From: a virus
Lineage: Duplodnaviria > Caudoviricetes
DNA length: 64,000 nt
Reading direction: 5' to 3' (one strand)
IMG/VR virus record: IMGVR_UViG_3300037851_000103
Location: 20,104 to 84,103 of that record
Under the pieces are notes generated by a model. That model had not been told where the DNA came from and ran no database searches. It worked only from the letters and a program-made list of their open reading frames with translations. The position numbers were made by a program, and so were the translations under genes. Below, piece by piece: positions 21,302 to 33,100 of this stretch (positions are counted from its first letter, which is position 1; each line of letters starts with the position of its first letter).

Positions 21302-24300
21302 CAAACAGCAATATAACTTTTAATCTCTCAAGAGGTAATGCCTCTAACGATATGCTCGGTATTGGAATTGATTATAATGTTTTTGGAAAATCATTAGGTG
21401 GAATGTTTTTTGATGAAGAGATATTATTAAATAAAGAAATTTATAAACATAAATTATTAGATGGCAATCAAGAAATTTTTGATCCTATTGTTCCAACTGA
21501 TGTAATTAAATCGCAAATTAATTATAGCGCAATCTTTATAACTAATAGAAGTTTTGAAACCTCTATTAGTCTTGATAATATTTCTATAAGTGATGTTATT
21601 CCAGATTCATTAACAAGTTTTATTCCTGAAGTGACTGGAGCGTTCCCAATTTCTGATATTGATATTGCTATTGAAGGTATGTATACTATTAATGAAGTAA
21701 AAAGAAATATTCCAAATGATTTTGGAAAACCCGCAAATCCATCAATTGTCTTAGATGATGAATTTGATTCAACCCAAAAATTAAATCAATTGGTTTTTAA
21801 AAAAATATTATCTGGCACTGATTTGCCATCTGAAATTCCCCCTAATTGTGTTCTCAAATTATGGCTTAAACGAGAAATTGTTATCACTAAGATGGATATG
21901 CCGGAAGATGAATTAGAAGAGTCTGTTAATTTATCTGTAACTGAATCAAATCAAAATATAACAAATTTAAACTTTTCTTATGCAAAATTAAAAGGCAGAA
22001 TCCCATTATCAAATTGGTATGATTATACTATTACAAAGGGAACAACTACTTCTATTCAATTAAAAGAATTATTACCAAAAGAGGTTCCTGTCCAAAATTA
22101 TAATATAATCAACACCTTTGTTGTTAATAAAAAAATAGTTCTATTTTATTATGTTGATATTGGTACAACTCAAAATTATTTCTTACTAACCATTAAAACA
22201 CATGATGATGTTAACTATAATAAATATGTTCAAGTTCAATTATTCCCAAATCCGTTCATACCAGATAATGTCAATCTTTATAGTAGAACATTAATTGATA
22301 TTAGAAAATCCTTCTATAATTTTAATGAATTTTATTTGTTTTGGAATGAAAATTTAACTAAAAAAGAAATATGCAACCTACAATTTTTTGGTTATTATGA
22401 AAAATATACAAGATCAAGCGTAGATCCGTTAGATATTACGGTTTGGACTTCGGATGAAATATTTAATTATACTAATCATGGATTTGATAATAGAAAAATA
22501 GAAACCTATACTTTAAAAGATTTTAAAGTTATTAGAGATAATATTTTAATAAATAATTTAGAACAATTTGATGATTTGTTTATACTATTTACACAAAATA
22601 CAAAAAATCTTGGATTGATTTCATCTATCGAAAATATTAATCTTAATAAAAATGAATTATTGTATGTCTTTGAAAAAGATATTAAAAATTCTAAAAATAA
22701 TAATTATAATTCTTACCCAGGAATTAATTCACAAGTATTCTCGCAAAGATTATATCCAACATCATTACCAACTATTGATCAAATAACAGTATTAAATTAT
22801 ACAAAAAATAAAGATTGTAATATCATTATTAATAATTCATCTACTATTTCTACGACAATTAAAGAACCAAGAAAAATAAAATATTTAGTAGATGGCACAA
22901 GATATGTTGATTTAAATTCTTTTAATATGAATAGTATTGACGTTAATAAAAATTTTATAACTTATGATTTTCCATCTAATAAAGAAATACATTCTGGATA
23001 TTCATTAACTGCTGGTATTTGTATTAAAAATGATGAAAATATTTATGACTCATTAACAAATGTTTATTTAACAAATTATTCATTAACAAATATAAAAAAT
23101 GATATTATTTATCAAAAACCATTATTTCACCAAAATATAGTAGAAGTATCTAATATAAATTCATTATCAATACCTGTTGAATGGGTAAATAGAACTTATA
23201 AAAATGAATGGAAAACAATTTTAAATACGTTAACTATTATTTCCAAAAATAATAACAATCCTGTATATACGTTGCAATATAATTTTGCTTGTAACGTTTG
23301 GAGATCTATTGTGGTGGATGTAAATGGGGAAGTTCAATATATTTATCATGATGACTATATTAATACGACTAATACTATTAGCACTACAGGATCAGGTACA
23401 TCAGGGGTTCCTATTTATTGTAAATCATTACCAGAAATAGACATAGAAGAATTAAATTGGATTATCGAACCAGATGTTTTCCAACCAGTAACCATTAAAA
23501 TTGAACATAAACAAGTATACTCAAATCAATTTCAATTGAATAAATATTTTGTTAACATCCAGGTCTATTTTAAAGGAAATTCAACTCCATTAGTTGATGT
23601 TTCTACATATACCAATAATCTGTCAAATGTAAGCTATATCGCTTTTAATCATGATTCTCATTTTAATATGAAAATGAATTATTTAGATTTGTTTGAAAAT
23701 AATATTGACGATGGGTTCTTATTTAGAATAACAAATCTTCATTTGGCTATCTTACATAAATTAACGGTTGATATAGGAAAAGAATTAACTGTTGATCCCC
23801 AATTATTCCAAAACCAATCATTATTTAAATATTATAGAATTATTAAATTATCAAATCTTAATATTATTAATAATTTAAATAATGATATGACTATTCCTAT
23901 TATATTATATGGAAATGGATATAAACAAATTAATGATAATTATAATTCTTTTTTAAGTATAGAAAATCCTTTTGATTTTTCAAAAATTAGGATAAATGAT
24001 ACTTCAATAAGAATATACACAGATAATAATAGCACCATTCCAGTAAAATTTAAAATAAGTAAATATGAATATGATAATGATTATTGTGTATTATGGGTAA
24101 GATTGCAAGATATTAGTAAAAATAATTATAAAATATATTTATTTTATGATAAATCGTCAATTGATTATAAAGACGAGATATATGAACAATATAGTTATTT
24201 AAAAAATAATATTTATTCTCAATCAGCATTAGGTGGCTGGCATATGGATGAATTGATAAAAGATAGTCGTTTATCATATTCAACGGGTCGAATTTTTAAT

Positions 24301-25374
24301 GCTGGGGAACCTATAATATATGAGAAATCAGTAAATAATGAGTTACGGTTGACAAAACTTGATAAAGAATATATGTTTGGTATAGCCAAAATATATAAAT
24401 CCCATAAATTTAATTTGACGATAGAAGACAAAAATATTGATGATGAAATGTTAGATGATGAAGAAACTAAAAAAGAGTTTGAAACATTTATTCGTGATTC
24501 TGTGACAATATTTAAGCCAAGTTATACTGAATTGGTCAACATCAAATCCTCTGATATAGCAGTATTGGAAGCAGGAGAAAATTCTATGGGTCTTTCAAAT
24601 AATAGAAGAGTAACCGGGTTGATAGCTATGACACCGAATACAAATGTGAATACTTATTATAACAGAGAAGATTTAAGCCAATTCACAATGTTGACATCAT
24701 TTAATGGATTTAGTCAAAACATTGATTGGGTTGTTGCGAAAACTATAGATAGTAGTGTTATTAAAACTGGTGTAATAAAAATAAATGGAAAAGTAAAAAG
24801 TGAAACTATAAGATTTGAAACCCCATTTAAAGATTCTGATTATTTTGTATTTTTCTCAAATCCTAAAAATCAAAAGATTTATTGGAATAGTATGTGTCCT
24901 GATAGATTTACAATTTCTGCTAGTTATTATTTAGAAAAAGAAATATCATGGATGGCATTTCATAGAGATTGTTTTGGTGGTATATATACTCCTGATAGTA
25001 TATTTGTTGGTAAGCGTACATTATCTGGAAAAGTGTTTATTGATTCGGATGACAATGAATATACTGAATGGCCAGGAAATGAATTGACTGATATTTCATT
25101 TCCATCCCCCACAGAAGATAATTTGACATATTGGTATAATAATGAATTGATAATTAAACCTGATTATGGGGTAGAAGGGGATCCTGGTATTATGAATATT
25201 GATATTAATGATCCTGGTTATGCTTTAATATTATCTTCAAATCAAAATATAAATATTTATTGGACTAATAAAATGAATAACAAATTTAATATAAAAACAA
25301 GTAGTCCTAGTGATTGTATTGTTCATTATTTATGTATAAAAAATGGCGTTGAATGGTGGAAAGAAATCATTTAA
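21298..25374 (+). CDS. Large virion/baseplate-fibre protein with DUF2341-like domain and C-terminal lectin-like modules
   Basis: FDFSKIRIND.SIRIY...KFKI..YEY....VLWVRLQ......IYLFY is DUF2341-like; also IFKPSYT motif and two C-terminal beta-sandwich modules. Confidence 0.55.
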   Translation: MTNSNITFNLSRGNASNDMLGIGIDYNVFGKSLGGMFFDEEILLNKEIYKHKLLDGNQEIFDPIVPTDVIKSQINYSAIFITNRSFETSISLDNISISDVIPDSLTSFIPEVTGAFPISDIDIAIEGMYTINEVKRNIPNDFGKPANPSIVLDDEFDSTQKLNQLVFKKILSGTDLPSEIPPNCVLKLWLKREIVITKMDMPEDELEESVNLSVTESNQNITNLNFSYAKLKGRIPLSNWYDYTITKGTTTSIQLKELLPKEVPVQNYNIINTFVVNKKIVLFYYVDIGTTQNYFLLTIKTHDDVNYNKYVQVQLFPNPFIPDNVNLYSRTLIDIRKSFYNFNEFYLFWNENLTKKEICNLQFFGYYEKYTRSSVDPLDITVWTSDEIFNYTNHGFDNRKIETYTLKDFKVIRDNILINNLEQFDDLFILFTQNTKNLGLISSIENINLNKNELLYVFEKDIKNSKNNNYNSYPGINSQVFSQRLYPTSLPTIDQITVLNYTKNKDCNIIINNSSTISTTIKEPRKIKYLVDGTRYVDLNSFNMNSIDVNKNFITYDFPSNKEIHSGYSLTAGICIKNDENIYDSLTNVYLTNYSLTNIKNDIIYQKPLFHQNIVEVSNINSLSIPVEWVNRTYKNEWKTILNTLTIISKNNNNPVYTLQYNFACNVWRSIVVDVNGEVQYIYHDDYINTTNTISTTGSGTSGVPIYCKSLPEIDIEELNWIIEPDVFQPVTIKIEHKQVYSNQFQLNKYFVNIQVYFKGNSTPLVDVSTYTNNLSNVSYIAFNHDSHFNMKMNYLDLFENNIDDGFLFRITNLHLAILHKLTVDIGKELTVDPQLFQNQSLFKYYRIIKLSNLNIINNLNNDMTIPIILYGNGYKQINDNYNSFLSIENPFDFSKIRINDTSIRIYTDNNSTIPVKFKISKYEYDNDYCVLWVRLQDISKNNYKIYLFYDKSSIDYKDEIYEQYSYLKNNIYSQSALGGWHMDELIKDSRLSYSTGRIFNAGEPIIYEKSVNNELRLTKLDKEYMFGIAKIYKSHKFNLTIEDKNIDDEMLDDEETKKEFETFIRDSVTIFKPSYTELVNIKSSDIAVLEAGENSMGLSNNRRVTGLIAMTPNTNVNTYYNREDLSQFTMLTSFNGFSQNIDWVVAKTIDSSVIKTGVIKINGKVKSETIRFETPFKDSDYFVFFSNPKNQKIYWNSMCPDRFTISASYYLEKEISWMAFHRDCFGGIYTPDSIFVGKRTLSGKVFIDSDDNEYTEWPGNELTDISFPSPTEDNLTYWYNNELIIKPDYGVEGDPGIMNIDINDPGYALILSSNQNINIYWTNKMNNKFNIKTSSPSDCIVHYLCIKNGVEWWKEII

Positions 25375-25385
25375 AGGAATAAAAA

Positions 25386-27059
25386 ATGTCAAATGAATTT
25401 ATAGAAGATATTTCCTTGCCAAACGCCAGTTCAAATGTAACTGACGAAAATATTAATATTCCTTTGCAAGAATTGCAAAACAATATTAAATTTATTATGA
25501 ATATACTAACAAATACCTCAATGAGTTCTAATAATTTTTTATCATTTTTATATGGCAATTTATTAGATTATGATGTTACAGGAAAAAAAATATTTTATAA
25601 TGGTGGCAACTTTGATTGTTTTGAAAAGAAACAAATATTTTTATCTGTTAATGATGGCACGATTACTAATGATGTTGATATACAATCAACGGGGGCCTCA
25701 AATCTATTGGTGTATAAAGGTGGGGTATCATATGTAGATTCTGGTGGGGTCGAACATGGTAAATATCTGCAACGGGAATTTTATATTCCTGAAATTCTTC
25801 GTGGGTCTGAATTAATTTTTGCCATTAAAGGAACAGGGGTTAATTTAGTTAATATTGGCGATGATGTTCCATATGATTATACAATACCATACTGCAATTC
25901 CTCAACCATTCCAAACATAAGTGCGGTTGGCGATCCTCCAATAATAACATTGGGAACCTCTGGAACGTCAGGTACTAGTGGAACCTCTGGAACGTCAGGC
26001 ACTAATATCATTGATTTATCAACCGGATGTTATGGAAAATATGAAGATGTTGGGATTGAAATAATAGGAGCAACTGAAACTATTGAAGAAATCATTAAAT
26101 TAGGACCATGGCCACATCATGCATTATATGCAAATTCTGAATGGGAACCCGCTTATAGAACATCTATAATAAAATTCAAAGTTGGAAGAAATACGTCATC
26201 CATAAAACTGAGAATTAGAAGAACAACAGATACGGGAGCATTGGCAATATCACAAATGTTTATAGGAGGTTTGCCGTCAACATATTCAGATTATGAATTT
26301 ACAAATTTAGATATAAATGAATTTTATAATTTTATTGACGGTATAACAAAATGGAATGTTTCTACCGTTTTAGGACACCATGTTTCAAATACTAATAATA
26401 TATATTTGCCAAATTTATTAACCAAAGAACAATGGTTTCATATTTCTCAATTTAATAAAACCATTGAAGAATTTGATTGGGATCAAGAAAATGGCCCAAG
26501 ACCAACCTCGTTAATGCTTCCTGAAAGTCCTGCTGCATTAACACCCCAAACCCATGGATTAGAATTTGATCCGTTATTTGACAGATTTTGCTATTTTGAT
26601 ATGAGAATTGATGGGCCAAATCCAGGGAAATGTTATTTAGGGATTTCATATTTTATCAATAAGAATGAATATTCAGACGATGAAATATGCCCAGATGATC
26701 TATGCGGAAATATAAAATTTACAGTTATGGTTGCCGTTGTTAATACTTTAGATTATGGAAACCCAACTGAATCTCAATACGAAAAATTTACTTATATCGT
26801 TCCTATATCATCAACTATTCAAGATGGCAGATTGGCATATTTTGAGATTTATGGGGATTTTTATAAAAATCTAAATGCTTCACGGGGAGCAATAGCGTAT
26901 TTTATAATTGGTAGAGAAGGCAATGACACTGTAAATGATACATTTAAAGGAAACTTTATTTTAGTTGGTTGCAAAACCGGCATAGCTGTTCCTCCAGATG
27001 ACATACCAAATACAGGGACATATACCCAATTATTCGTAGGAGATAATAGCAATTGTTAA
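25386..27059 (+). CDS. Putative tail fibre/virion protein with (GTS)n repeat
   Basis: N-terminal NINIPLQELQNNIKF (fibre-like); GTSGTSGTSGTSGTSGT at 25953-26003; AAGGA SD. Confidence 0.5.
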   Translation: MSNEFIEDISLPNASSNVTDENINIPLQELQNNIKFIMNILTNTSMSSNNFLSFLYGNLLDYDVTGKKIFYNGGNFDCFEKKQIFLSVNDGTITNDVDIQSTGASNLLVYKGGVSYVDSGGVEHGKYLQREFYIPEILRGSELIFAIKGTGVNLVNIGDDVPYDYTIPYCNSSTIPNISAVGDPPIITLGTSGTSGTSGTSGTSGTNIIDLSTGCYGKYEDVGIEIIGATETIEEIIKLGPWPHHALYANSEWEPAYRTSIIKFKVGRNTSSIKLRIRRTTDTGALAISQMFIGGLPSTYSDYEFTNLDINEFYNFIDGITKWNVSTVLGHHVSNTNNIYLPNLLTKEQWFHISQFNKTIEEFDWDQENGPRPTSLMLPESPAALTPQTHGLEFDPLFDRFCYFDMRIDGPNPGKCYLGISYFINKNEYSDDEICPDDLCGNIKFTVMVAVVNTLDYGNPTESQYEKFTYIVPISSTIQDGRLAYFEIYGDFYKNLNASRGAIAYFIIGREGNDTVNDTFKGNFILVGCKTGIAVPPDDIPNTGTYTQLFVGDNSNC

Positions 27060-27079
27060 TTCAAAAATATTAAAAAAAT

Positions 27080-27087
27080 TATAAATA
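27080..27087 (+). promoter_or_regulatory. T4-type late promoter box TATAAATA
   Basis: Exact box in the intergenic gap before ORF 27123. Confidence 0.55.
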
Positions 27088-27122
27088 TATTAAAATGATT
27101 GAGTCATTAAAGGAAATCGTTA

Positions 27123-30100
27123 ATGTCTATAAATGACGAACCAATTAATTTTGGAGAATTTTTTAAGGCTTATACAGGTATAAAATTTACCATTAATAAA
27201 GAAGATAATTGTTCAATATTTATACCCAATTATACTAATATAAATTATACATCAACTGTTACTTCTAATATTACGGGAACGTCATTAACATTTTCTGATC
27301 AATGGGCATCGCAATCATTTGTATCAAATGGATCATTAAACAAAATTGATACTGTGCTATTAAAACAATTATGGGATTATCCATCATCAAATATTTTGTG
27401 GGATGATTATAAAAAACAATTATCATTTGTAGATGTAGATGTTGAAGAAATAACATTATATGATTTTGTAAAAAATCTTGATAACTTTATGGTATTTCAT
27501 AAATTATCAAGATTTGGTGATGTTTGGTGGGCAAAAAAAGTTCAAACGGACGGGTCACAGAATACCAATTCATTAAATACTAATGTGACTATATCAACAA
27601 TGATTTCATTATCTGGGGGAGATAAATTTTCATTTTGGTCGCCTGATAAATGGTTAAATGATGAGTATAAAAAATACAGTGCCAACCCAACTGCATATTC
27701 TGGGTTTTTAACTTCCGAAGATTTTATAAACGGTGGGTGGTTTAATATACCTGATATGGTGGTATCAACCCAGCCATTTGAAAAATTAAAAATGGCAGAT
27801 ATTTTATTACACTTGAATTTATCATATGAACCTATTTATTTTGGCCATTATTATAATATAGATAATAAAACTGCTATTCGAATTAAAGATTCAACTACAT
27901 CTACTGTATTAGACACAACACAAACGAAATCAAATCAAAATAATGGAACCTATTCGGACACCTTAATTGCTCATTGGGTTGGTGGATTGGTAAGCACTAC
28001 TAATGTAAATCAATTTGGGGAATTGGGGACTTATAATGAAAACCCCTGTGAACAAAAACAAAAACAAATAAATTATACAGCAGAAGAAACAAATCCGTTA
28101 GAAATATCCCACAAAATTGACTCACAACTTTCTTTAAATCCTGATTATGATATATCACAACGGGATTTTTTGGGAACCATTGATCCTATAAATTGGATAA
28201 GTTCTGAAGAAACATTTAATGCTCATAATATTGGTGTGTTAAATGAACCTAGAGCATTCGGAAGAGGAAGCGGAACCTCTCAAAATGGAATGATTGTAGG
28301 GGGGATTAAAACTGATAATAATTCAGAAAGCATTATTACATCAGTATTATCATCATCCGAAATTTGGAAAAATAATGGATTCTTAAAGAATGTTTTGATT
28401 ACCACAAATTCTCCCAGATGTTATCATATTCAAGGTGGGACTGGTTCATCATCCTGTGCCATTATCGGTGGGTATTCAAAATTTAATACAACAGACTCCA
28501 ATGAATTTAGTGAATACAGCAAAGATGGAATTCTTAATAATGTAGAAATATTTGAAAAGAATGAAAATGATCCAGAATTATCATCCTTTAAAATATTCAA
28601 TGATATTCAGTTATCAGTAACCAGAGGCGATGGGGCAGGATTTGTCAATATTCAAACTCAAAATAAAAAAGATAAGTTTGAAATTTCATCAGTCGTTAAA
28701 AATTATACATTAAATGGCAATGACGAACAAGCTATAAATGACTTTGTTCTTGACAATTCAGAAAAAAATTCAACAACTGATAATGCAGTACGTTATTCAT
28801 CGTCAACGGTAACTGGATTTATATATTGTGGAAATACAACAGGAAAATCTTATTTGATAAATACCGCAAATACGGGTGATATAACATCAATTTTTGAAAA
28901 AATAAACATAACAACTGTAAATGCAAGTACTAATTTATTAGATGATCCTATACAATATAATAGTGATTATTATTCAGATGCATTTTTAAATGTTGTTAAT
29001 GATGTAATTACTATTGATGGAGCAACAGAATATTCAGAAGAAATTATATTAGAAAAATGTGGAAAATATAGAATAGAATATATTAATGGCGGGTTTTATT
29101 TAAATTCAGATTTAAATGTTAATAATACTTGTCTTTCTATTATTGACGATATGTTTCAAATAAAAATAGTAAATTCTCCCAATACTAAATTGGTATTAGA
29201 CAAAACTGGTATATACCAATTTACAATAAAAGATAGTTCGTTTGCGAGTAACACATTGCAAACTGAAGTCATCAATGATAATATACAAGTTGACTCCGCT
29301 TCAACTATTACCGCAACAGCCGGGGCAACAGTTACGTTGCCATATATTGGAAAATATTTGGTCGAAGTTATAAATGATACTTCTTCGATAGAGTTTTTCC
29401 AATATCCATCAAATGAAACTAGAAATGAATTTGAAATGAGATCGAATGTTCAATTTTCTTATGATTTCTACGCAAATAATTGTGGAACATATAGAATACA
29501 ATATAGTGACCATGCATTTACTGTATGGGTAGATGATCCAGATCCAGAGGCTAGTGATTATTTGATATATTTCGGGACGTTAAAAATTAAAGTTATGAGT
29601 GTAGATGAAACTCAAACTTTTTCAGAAGAAATTATTTGGCCAAGTTATTTTAATTCAGATGATGATTTTTATGATTATATTGAGGCTAACGATTCTGCTG
29701 GGTATGTTGGAAAATATCATGAATTTTGTGTAGAAGATCAAAATGTTCCGCAAAAAATTAAAGTAATAGGGTGGGATCCATATAACAATTGTGAAGTTTC
29801 TTTAACCCATAGTGATGATTATGGGATTGATTTTTATATGTTTTATATGGGTAGTCAAAATAATTGTTCAAATTGTTCACAGTCATCAGTTACGTTACAA
29901 AAAAGTATCAATGATGCTGAAAAAGAATTATTCAGCAGTCAAATATATTTTTATAATGAATTTAAAAACTCTGATTTAAATTTAAAATATATAAATCAAG
30001 TGACAACATCAACCGCCGGGGTATCAGGAATAACCGGATCGGAAATTATATCAAGCATCCCAGCAACCGGGAAAATTTACACAAAATTAACATATTTATA

Positions 30101-33100
30101 TACTAATATTAATACTATTGATGAAACAAATGTTAATACATCAGGATCATCTGGCGCATTTGATACATTGGGACTAAATGTATATTTTAATGATATTTAT
30201 AAAAATAAAATATTTACAGGTCAACTGCATTCTATTTCTGGATCTGATATATTTTGTAATGCAATTCCTGGGTCAGAAGTTACGATATTGGGCAGTAATG
30301 CCTTACAAGGTTCTGTTGTTTTACAAGTATGTTATTTAGGATGTACCCCTGATTGTTCATCAAGCTCAAATGTTATTGGGGGATTCTATAACAGTGCGAT
30401 GAAAGTCTTTCTTAATGGAAATGAAAATACTGATATTGCATTAGATAAAACTTTTAATTCCTTATATGAGTTAGAATATTATTTGAATAGCAATCCTTCC
30501 CAATCTAAATATGATTTTTGTGTTAATGTTCAAAACTCAAAATTACAATTTCAAAATAAATTTTTCACTCCTAATTATAGTATTAATAAACAAAATATTA
30601 GATTATTATATCTTGGAACTACGGATGAATGTGATTGTTTAAAAAATTCACCAGTAGATGAAAATTTATCTATTTCTATTAATTATAATACAGTTAATAA
30701 TGAATTAGAATATCCAGTCCGTTGTCATGGGTTGGCCTATGTTGGCGATGATAATTCTGGACTATCAACTGGAGGTAGATGTGAATATAATAATATAAAT
30801 GATGTAACATCATTAGTCACGAATAAATATTTGTATCCACAAAACAAACCTCACTATGAAATAAATGTTAATTTTGATTCAGTTAGGGAAGAATTAGAAA
30901 AAAATAGAATATTAGATTTAGTATACGAATTAAAAGATGGAACTTGGATTAGAAGACAAAACCTTTTAGAATCCGTATATTGGCATTGTGGGGTCGGTGA
31001 TGCAACTAGATCATTATTTTGGGGTGGTATTCACGACACCACCACATTCTCAGAAATAGATGTATTTAATATATATTCTGATATTGATGGTGTTTATATA
31101 AGCGATTTCTTGTGCAATGATGATAAAAAACTATATGATGTTAATATTTCATCTAAAGAAGGTAAAGATTATACAACTACTATTAATACTACTGGTGATA
31201 TGATCGTAACTCCTTCTATCTCGGCATGTTGGGATACTCCTAATTGGAAAACTAATTTAAATTATTCTGATTTATTTGATGACCCACGATATGTAAATAA
31301 TCAAGAAACTTTAGACTATTCAACTCATAATAATTATCCAGAATTTGAAATTATTTCGATCTTGCCATCAAGTCCTACTCCAATCTCTCCCCAAAATAAT
31401 TCAACAATTATATCTATAAATACGGATATCAAAAACAATATTTTAATATCCAAAACGTTCGATCAGGCATCATTTAGAATATTTGCAAATGTTAATAATA
31501 ATACAACTAATGGAACTATAAAAATTAATACTGCTAATATTATAATTGGACAAGAAAATGTTGATATTTTCCCAACCAATATTGTTATTAATTCTATTAT
31601 TAATCAAGAATTAATTTTAACTGATATAGAAGTATTAAAAAATAATCAAACTAAAATTTATTATACTTTTAAATATTCATTTATATATAATACTACAGAA
31701 TTTTATGAATTAGAAGGATATGGGATTTTATTATTTAATACTTTAACAGATATATATAATTCAAGTAAAGTGATACAATCTTTAGAAAGTATTTCTCATA
31801 ATTTTATAGTTACTAAATGTTCAATATCATCAACGGTTCCAATAACTATTCATTCAGATAATTCTAAATTGACATTTGAATTGATTGAAGATGAGGGAAT
31901 ATCTATTGGTGTTGAAACCCTTAATCAATCATGGACTTCATCATTAAAAGAATGCGGTAAAAATATATCAAAATTTATTGATCTTAATGGGTTGACGCCT
32001 ATGTGCAGTATTTATCCAAGATGGGGAACTCCAATTTGGACCCATGAATTATATAATAGTACATATGGGTATCTTGGCCTAAACTTTAAATTTAATTATA
32101 AAAACCAAACAGTTGATAATGATACATCTATTATAAATTATGAAACTACTTCAGTTAACGTTACCGCCAATACATTAGGGTCCATATTAAATCAAAGAAT
32201 TTTAATATCTGGACAATCATTTAAACAAAATCATATAATTACAAACATGTCATCTACCGTCGATTTAACGGGATCATTAAATAATGATATTTGCGAATTT
32301 ACATATCCTGAAAATTCTTTAATTATAACATTTACTGAAAATATAACTTCTAATTGGAATCAAAGATTTTATACAGAATGTGCATCTTCAATAACACAAG
32401 AATACCAAAGTGATAAGAGATATAATGCTCCTGATTATTGGATTCCTTCTAATAGTGTAGGGTCGTGTTTAAATGGTGGAACAAGAAATTCAACTCAAAC
32501 CATATCAGAAAAAATAGCATGGAAACGATATATGGATGGTACTGGTTTGGGCGGGGATGTTCCTGATTATGAAACTATCTATGATGTTAAATTAAATAAA
32601 TTAAAAGATTCTATAAATTGGAATTATCTTAAAACATGGTATATTGGACAGCAATGTTTTGGAACAGCAACTTCAGCAATTATTGCCGGGGGTCATAAAA
32701 TAGATACCAATACAGCCTTAAAAGGTATTAATAATGGTTATCACGCTAATGATACAACTAAAAGAACCTTTATTTGGGACACAAATACAATACCGGAAGA
32801 AGATTCATATAATAGCATATACTTAGGACGAAGATTATTCAATTATTATTGGAATGGACAAAGTATTGATTCAAATTCAAATAATTCCTCGTTATCATCA
32901 TTAAATGTTATTATATTTAATGGCGAATCTAATATTATTGTTGAACGACAAGGAACCATATTATTTGACGGAACACAAAAATTAGTCTCAGTAAAATTTG
33001 ATACCCCTTTGCCAGATGATGTGACAACTTATGCAATATCATTAACCCCAAGTGATAATATTAAAATGTGGTGGTCTGATAAGTCTAATACAGGATTTAA

